Shown one piece after another: positions 56,901 through 64,000 of a stretch of DNA of 64,000 nt. Where the stretch lies: the NCBI RefSeq assembly GCF_000150275.1, contig NW_002060946.1, forward strand, positions 4,545,454 through 4,609,453, written 5' to 3'. Origin of the DNA: Trichoplax adhaerens (taxonomy: Eukaryota > Animalia > Placozoa). A program made the translations under genes and the position numbers. The notes beneath the pieces were generated by a model. The model searched no databases, had not been told where the DNA came from, and saw only the letters and a program-made list of their open reading frames with translations. Position 1 is the stretch's first letter; each line of letters begins with the position of its first letter.

Positions 56901-59900
56901 ACCGTAGAGAAGGTGGTTACTTGTTGATTGCCATTATCTAAGCGTCCAATTACTTTTAATTCAAATTGGGGTGTAACTTCATAATCTAAGCTATCTGTAA
57001 CACCAATTTGACCAGTAATAATATTAATACTAAATTTAGGTGGATTATTGGTTTTGGGTAGATTGCCTGGCTCAAGAGCATACGTTGCAATCCATGCATT
57101 GCTATCATCACCAGCCATATAGGCATTAACGGTAGCTACTATTGTACCAACATTGGCACTTTCAACAATTTGAGCTTGATAGCGATCTTGTGTAAATCGA
57201 GCAGCGTTATTAGTTTGGACTTGGATGACCACTGGTGCAACACTTTGTAATGGTGGTTGACCATTATCGATTGCAACAGCTAAAAATCGATATTCACGCT
57301 TATTGCCATCTAATGAACGCGCTGTTGATAGGATACCATTAGTTGGATCAATTTGGAAGTATAAGGCATCATCTGATTGATCCAATGAATAAGTAACAGC
57401 ACCACTATTGCCAGTATCATTATCCGATGCTACTAAAGTGATAATACGTGTATTAATGGGTACATTTAATAGCACCGAGCCGAAATATTGCTTAAATTCA
57501 AAGCTTGGTGAATTATCATTAATATCTGTAACGCGTACATTAAATGTGCAAAAACCACTCATGACTTCAGATAAACTGCTGTTATTGCCACCATCAGTGG
57601 CACGTACAGTAATCGAATATAGCGATTGCCTTTCGCGATCAAATTCACGATTGGTTGTGATAGCCCCTGTTTTGGCATCGATGTTGAAATGTTTAGGCTG
57701 GTTAGCATCAAGAACTAAGGAATAAGAAATAAGACCAAATGAACCTTCATCATCATCGCTTGCTGTAACAGTAAGAACTGTTGAGCCAGAAGGTTGATGT
57801 TCAGCTATCGTCGGTGCATAAGTATTGCATTGAGTAAAGACTGGTTTATGATCGTTAATATCATTAATATCAATGATGACATTGGTATAACCAGTTAATC
57901 GTGAATCTGATGCAGCTACTCTTAACGAATAGCTACGCTGACGGAAATTAGGATTAGGATTACTACGTAAACGTATGACACCAGAAACAGAATCGATGAC
58001 AAAATTGCCTTCTGTATTGCCACCAATGATAGTATAAGTTATGACTTTACTGTCTAAATCGAATGCAATGACTGTGGCTACTGTTTCACCACCAGGTGCA
58101 TTTTCATCAACGCTAAAACGATAATTTTCTAATGAAAATTTGGGTGCTTCATCATTCGTATCGATAACTGGGATAGTTACACGAGCTTGACTAGAGCGTG
58201 ATGGTGTTCCTAAATCTTGAACAGTGACAATAAAACTGTAGACTTGTTTATTTTCATAATTGAGCTGTTTACTAATTTCGACAGCACCGCTAACTTCGTC
58301 AATTTTAAAATATTCACTTTGGATAGAATAGCGTAATTGGCCACTGGTACCACTATCGCAATCGGTTGCACTAACTTGAACAACTTGGGTACCAACGGAA
58401 GCGGTTTCAGGTATAGCTTGGCTCGGTTCATATTCAGTTTTTGTAAATTGTGGTGTACAATCATTCGAATCGGTAATAGTAATGGTCGCTTGGACTTGCG
58501 ATGACAGAGGATTTGCTTCACTTTCTGTTGCACGAATAGTTAATGTATAATCATGTTGATCATTTTCATAATCTAGGCCGAAAGGTGCTGTAATTAAACC
58601 AGTATCTGCATTAATAGTAAAGCGTGAATTAACATTCCCATTTAGAATGGAGTAAATAATACCACGACCTGAAAAACTAATAGCACGAACAGTTAAGATT
58701 GGTAAATTACGCAGTTGGCTTTCAGCAACCGTAGCTCGATAACGAGATTGTGTAAATTGTGGTGGACGATTTTCAACACGCACTAATATAACCGCATCAT
58801 CGCTCGTTTGTGGTGGATTGCCTTTATCCACAGCTCGAACAACTAATTGAATTCGTTGGCCTAATTGCAATTTTGCACCTGTAGTTGTAATCACACCTGT
58901 TACTGGATTAACACTAAATGGGCCCGATGATGATGGATCTAATTGGTACTCGACTAGGCTATTACTTCCTTCATCGGCATCTGATGCACGTAAACGATAA
59001 ACAGATGTGCCTACAACAGCATTTTCATTCACTGTTGCTTCATATGGTGCTGGCATGGTAAAAATTGGCTTGTTATCGTTAAAATCGATAACAGTAACTT
59101 CGACTATCCGTGTAGTAAAATCAATCCCCGATGTAATCGGTGATACTTGTGTTATTAATTTATATTTCATATTAGCTTCACGATCGATCGTAGCACCAAC
59201 AGTGATCAGACCCGTTCTTGGATTAATTTTAAATTGTGTAATATTAGGGAATGCAATTATAAAATAAGGATTGGTTAATGTTGTCGTTAATTTAGTCACA
59301 GTTGTATCAATAGGTGAATTTTCTCGTACAGCAACTTGCTGTGCTTGATTAGATGGTGGTAAATTAATAATAATGACACAAGCTGTTGCTTGACTTCGTT
59401 TCGATGGTTTACCATTGTCGATCGCTGATACTTGAAAACGATAGGGACTAAGAACACCACGCATTAATTTTAAGTTGGTAATAACACCTGTTCTGCTATT
59501 AATTGCAAAATGTTCTTTAGCTGAATTGGTATCAATCTGATAATTAATAGTATTTTCCGAGGAATTATCATAATCAATAGCTTGCAATTGCATAATTGTA
59601 CTACCGATAGGAATACCAATATCGACTTCACTTGGTAATTCGCCATATTGGAGATGGTTAAATAAAGGTGTATATTCATTTTCATCGGTAACGGATATCG
59701 TGACTTTAATATCAGAATCACGTCCACTAATATCTGTAGCACGTACAATTAAATCAAATGTATTCTCCTTTTCATAATCTAGCGGTTTCCGTGTTGTAAT
59801 CCAGCCATTACCACTATTAATTGCAAAAGCATCGGAAGTATCACCAGATACAATTTGATAGCGTATACGATCATTGCTTAATGCACGGGTTTGGACTACT

Positions 59901-62900
59901 TCTGTATTTGCTAGCATATTCTCACGTACATAACCCAAAAAATTAGCCTGGACAAAATAAGGTGGTGTTACAGGTGGAAAATTAATACCAATAAATAATG
60001 TTACTTCATCATATTTGGGTGTAGTCCCGCCATCTGTTGCTCGAATAGTTAATCCATATTGGAAATCGATACGATTTAATGGTTTAACTACTTTAACATC
60101 GCCTGTAATCGAATCAACATCGAAACGACCTTCTTTGCTTGCGTCTTCAACTAAGCTGTAAGTAACACGACCATTAGCACCATCATCAGGATCAGTAGCA
60201 GTTAAACGAGCAATCACTTTACCTACAGGAACAGTGACAAAAATAAAGCGAAATTTGGGTGTATCAGCAACAAATTGGGGCTTATTATCATTGCGATCAT
60301 CGACGGCAACTTGAACGCGTGCTAGCGATTGCCGACTTGGTGTACCACCATCGACAGCTCGAATTGTTATACTATGATGGCGTTGTTGCTCATAATCTAA
60401 GCTACGTCGTGTCCGTATAACGGCTGTTTTGGGATCAATTGCAAAATAACTATTCGATTGTGGACTACCAAAGCTATCGATACTATAGGTAATTTGGCCA
60501 TTATTGCCATGGTCAGGATCAGTAGCATTCATTTGAATTAATGTGGTACCAACAGGCGCATCTTCACCAATTTTTGTATAATAACTTGTCTGAGAAAATT
60601 CAGGCGGATGATCATTAACATCACGTAATGTAACCATTACACTAGCACGAGCTGTTGTATAGCCAAGACGACCTTGCATGGTAATAACTAATTGATCTTG
60701 TGCTATTTGCTCTAAATCAAGTCGACGTTGCAATGTCACTCTCATTCTTTGATCGATACAGAAATAAGACTGGTATGCAGATGGCAAGAATGAAAATTGA
60801 GGTGTTTTCTGCTTGCTAATAACATCAAATTCTTTAATTAAATAACCGATAGGTGAATTCTCAGATATTGTAGCAGTGTAACTAGGTCTTGAAAAGCTTA
60901 ATGTAGTCTCGGTATTAATTTGTATTTTAACCAGGATAACAGTCGATCTCGGTGGCACACCTGAATCGGATGCAATAACATTCAAGAAATAACCATCAGC
61001 TGGCACATTAATACCACTTAGGATTTTGGCTGTAGTTATAATGCCCGTTGTTGCATTAACATGGAATTTGTCTAAATGATCACGCGATGAATAACGTATA
61101 ATACCATTGGTACCCATATCACGATCATAAGCTTGGACTTGAGATACAAAGGTTCCACTAGGCCAATTTTGTTCAATACGAACTTCATGTGGAATTTGCC
61201 CAATAAATTGAGGTACAGCATCATTACGATCTAATACATCAACGCGAAAGTTAACATTGGCTGTCATAATATAACTTGTTTGAGATGGATCAGGTAAATA
61301 TTTAGCACGGATAACTAAATTATATTGATGATGTTTCTCGAAATCTAATTCTTTAACTAATGATAGGCTAGCTGTTTGTGTATTAATTCGAAATGTGTTG
61401 CCAAAATTACCACCAACAATACTATAAGTTATACCATTGGAATTTCCACTTGGATTAAGCGCTTGAATATCGTTAAAGAAATTATTTTTAGGTACCATAT
61501 CTTCACCAACAGCAATTTGATATAACGTACGATTAAATCGAATTAATTTTTGTGATAGTGGTATAATAGTTAGAAAAATGGTAACACTGGATGTCTTCGG
61601 TGTTGAGCCATGATCGCGAGCCAATACAGAGAAAGATAACGGTGTTTTAGAATGATTTAAGCCATATCGGCTTGTCACTTCTCCAGTTGTTGCATTAACT
61701 TGAAATCCTGGATAAGGTGGTTTAGATGGATCAGGAAAGGAATACGTAATTTGTCCATGGCTACCTTGGTCTTCATCCGTAGCTCGCAATTGCATCACTG
61801 TATAAAGTGGCGTTTGCTGTGGCGATGAACGAGCATTCAATGTAATCCAATAAGGTGATTGGCTAAATATTGGATAGTGATTATTGGCATCTTCAATGCG
61901 TACAATAACAGGAACGGTTGCGGATAAAGCAGTTGCAATATCTAATGCACGTATGCGAAATTCATATAATTGACGCCGACGATAATCCAGTTGATCGTTA
62001 TTTTTAACACTAATTTGAGCTGTTGATGGATCAATTTGAAGTGTTGCATCAGTTGATGGATCAGGATCAACAAGAGAATAACGCAATACTGATGATTGTT
62101 CTGATCTAGCTGGTATGGTAATAACAACTTGGCTAATGCCAGCATCATCAGGTAAATTAGCTTGATAATAACTTTGATCAAAATAAGGTGGATCACTTTT
62201 ATCCGTAACTTGAATATCCACTTGGACACTCGTTGATCGACGAGGTGTACCATGATCAACAGCGCGTACGATGAGTAAGTAACTTGAACGTTGTTCATAA
62301 TTTAAATTTTGAGCGGATAATAAACCTGTTTGTGAATGAATACTAAATAACCCATCGCTATTGCCACCAGTAATGGAATAGATAATGCGTGCATTGTCAC
62401 CTTCATCATGATCAACAGCATGAATGCAAAGTAAGTTAGGATTATAGCCCATATTTTCCGGTACCTCTATGAAATAATTAGAGCTTGTAAATTCTGGCAT
62501 GTTATCGTTAATATCGACAACACGAATAGTTAATAATGTCGATGTTTGAGCTGATGTAATCACTCTTAATTCATAATAAGATCGTAATTCACGATCTAAT
62601 GGACGTAAGGTTCGAACTATACCATCATTGGCTGAGATACTGAAGGTAGGTGGATTTGTTATTGTACTTGGATCAAGGCTATAAGTTACGATAGCATTAG
62701 ATGGACTATCAATATCAATAGCACGAACAACAGTGACAAATGAATTAGGAGGTAACGATTCTGGCAAGGATGTATTATAAACAACTTGTTCAAATTGTGG
62801 TGTATTATCGTCGACATCAACAATTTGAACAATTGTACGACATATTGTTGAACGACTTGGTGTACCACCATCTCGAGCTTGTATAGTTAGCCAATATTGA

Positions 62901-64000
62901 GTAGTAAATTCATAATCTAATATGCGTGTTGTCCTCACAATTCCTGTATTCGATTCAATGGTAAAATAGCCAAAATAGGGAGTAGCTGATAGAATGGAAT
63001 AGGTAATTTGTCCATCTTCATTATTGTCTTGATCTCGTGCAGTCACTTTTAACACTGATGTATCGAGTGCTGTATCTTCTTTAATGACCGCTGAATAAAT
63101 AGGCTGAGTAAATTGTGGTTGATTTTTATTTAAATTTTGATGATAGACTTGGATATTGACATCAGCAATACTAGCGCGTCGTGGTAGAAGTCTATCTCGA
63201 GCTTGGACTTGAAAGGTATAACGGCGAACTTGCAATTCACCAACTAATCGAATGGCACCTGTATTGCGATCGATTGTCCATATATTCGATTGGCTACCAG
63301 CGGCAATCATGCTGTAGATTAATCGATCATTACTGGATCCAGCATAAGAGTCGAACGCACGCGCTACTAAAATAACAGAATGAGGAGGTAAATCGACATC
63401 AAGATTAGAATAATAAGTAGATTGAGTAAATTGTGGAGGTTTGGATTCATCGATGGTGTTATTTCCACTACTTGTTAAGGTCGATGGATAATTAGTCACA
63501 TCATTAATATGGATTATAACTTGAGTTGGTATCGCTTTAAAGGATGGTTGGCCACGATCGACTGCATTAATTCTAAATTGATAGCGTCGACGACGTTGAT
63601 AATTTAATGGTGTTAATAAAGTAATTGCTCCAGTGCGATAATCAAGCATGAAATCATTTAATGGCAGTTCTGGATAGTAATAGATTTGCCCATTATAATC
63701 ATCATCGTTATCATAAGCTGTTACACTGCCAATCGATGACATAACGGGTATATTTTCATCAACGTGAAAGGTATAATTTTGCGATGTAAACGTTGGTCTC
63801 ATATCGTTAATGTCCAGAACGACAAGATGGACGATAGCTGTAGCAGAACGTGGTGGTTTACCAGTATCCTGAGCACGAATGGTTAATTGATAAGTAGATT
63901 GCTCTTCACGGTTTAATACTGCCCGTGTCGTTAGTGTTAAGAATGCAATCCCATGGATGCGATTAACTCTTGCAGCAAAATGATTCTGATCATCGCCTTG
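50943..64000 (-). CDS. Giant non-chordate-type classical cadherin (>=30 EC repeats, NC domain, EGF-LamG-EGF-LamG-EGF, TM, catenin-binding tail); 5' end outside the window
   Basis: Frame open from 64000 to the donor at 53453, with repeated LDRE/LDYE, AxDxG and DxNDNxPxF motifs, then four more exons. TM ILTYSGIGGGAILAFLCILIICLII; p120 site YRIEGGGEDD; beta-catenin region YADEG...AGSLSSL...YLNVWGPRFKHLADIY. Confidence 0.96.

Noticed and set aside
53686-63375. Short alternative-frame and antisense ORFs inside the cadherin exon (also 40662-40891, 43287-43517, 47973-48233, 48438-48650)
   Set aside because: Shadow ORFs expected from codon bias of the real genes; no independent features.

Overview
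AT-rich, intron-dense animal DNA. The short GT-AG introns and a classical cadherin with about 30 repeats suggest a placozoan such as Trichoplax; this is an inference. Manual splicing gives eight protein-coding genes: the 5' end of an ELMO-like gene that the ORF track misses (-, 237-1388); phospholipase C-gamma (+, 7220-19026, ~38 exons); intronless TMEM70 (-); proteasome beta5/PSMB5 (+); the spliceosomal DEAH helicase DHX16/Prp2 (-, 22 exons); a KIFC3-like kinesin-14 (+); mitochondrial ribosome recycling factor MRRF (+); and the 3' part of a giant classical cadherin (-, runs off the window). Non-coding DNA holds several degenerate tandem arrays, a 113-bp GC-rich foldback and a 741-nt assembly gap. 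The most notable observations are a rare AT-AG minor-spliceosome intron in PLC-gamma, 17 consecutive phase-0 introns in DHX16, a palindromic TACAGTAC/GTACTGTA motif cluster at divergent promoters paired with CAANATGGC start contexts, candidate 3-nt and 21-nt microexons, and co-location of four genes linked to cadherin junctions. No CRISPR array, tRNA or rRNA was seen. All exon calls were made by eye, without transcript data.
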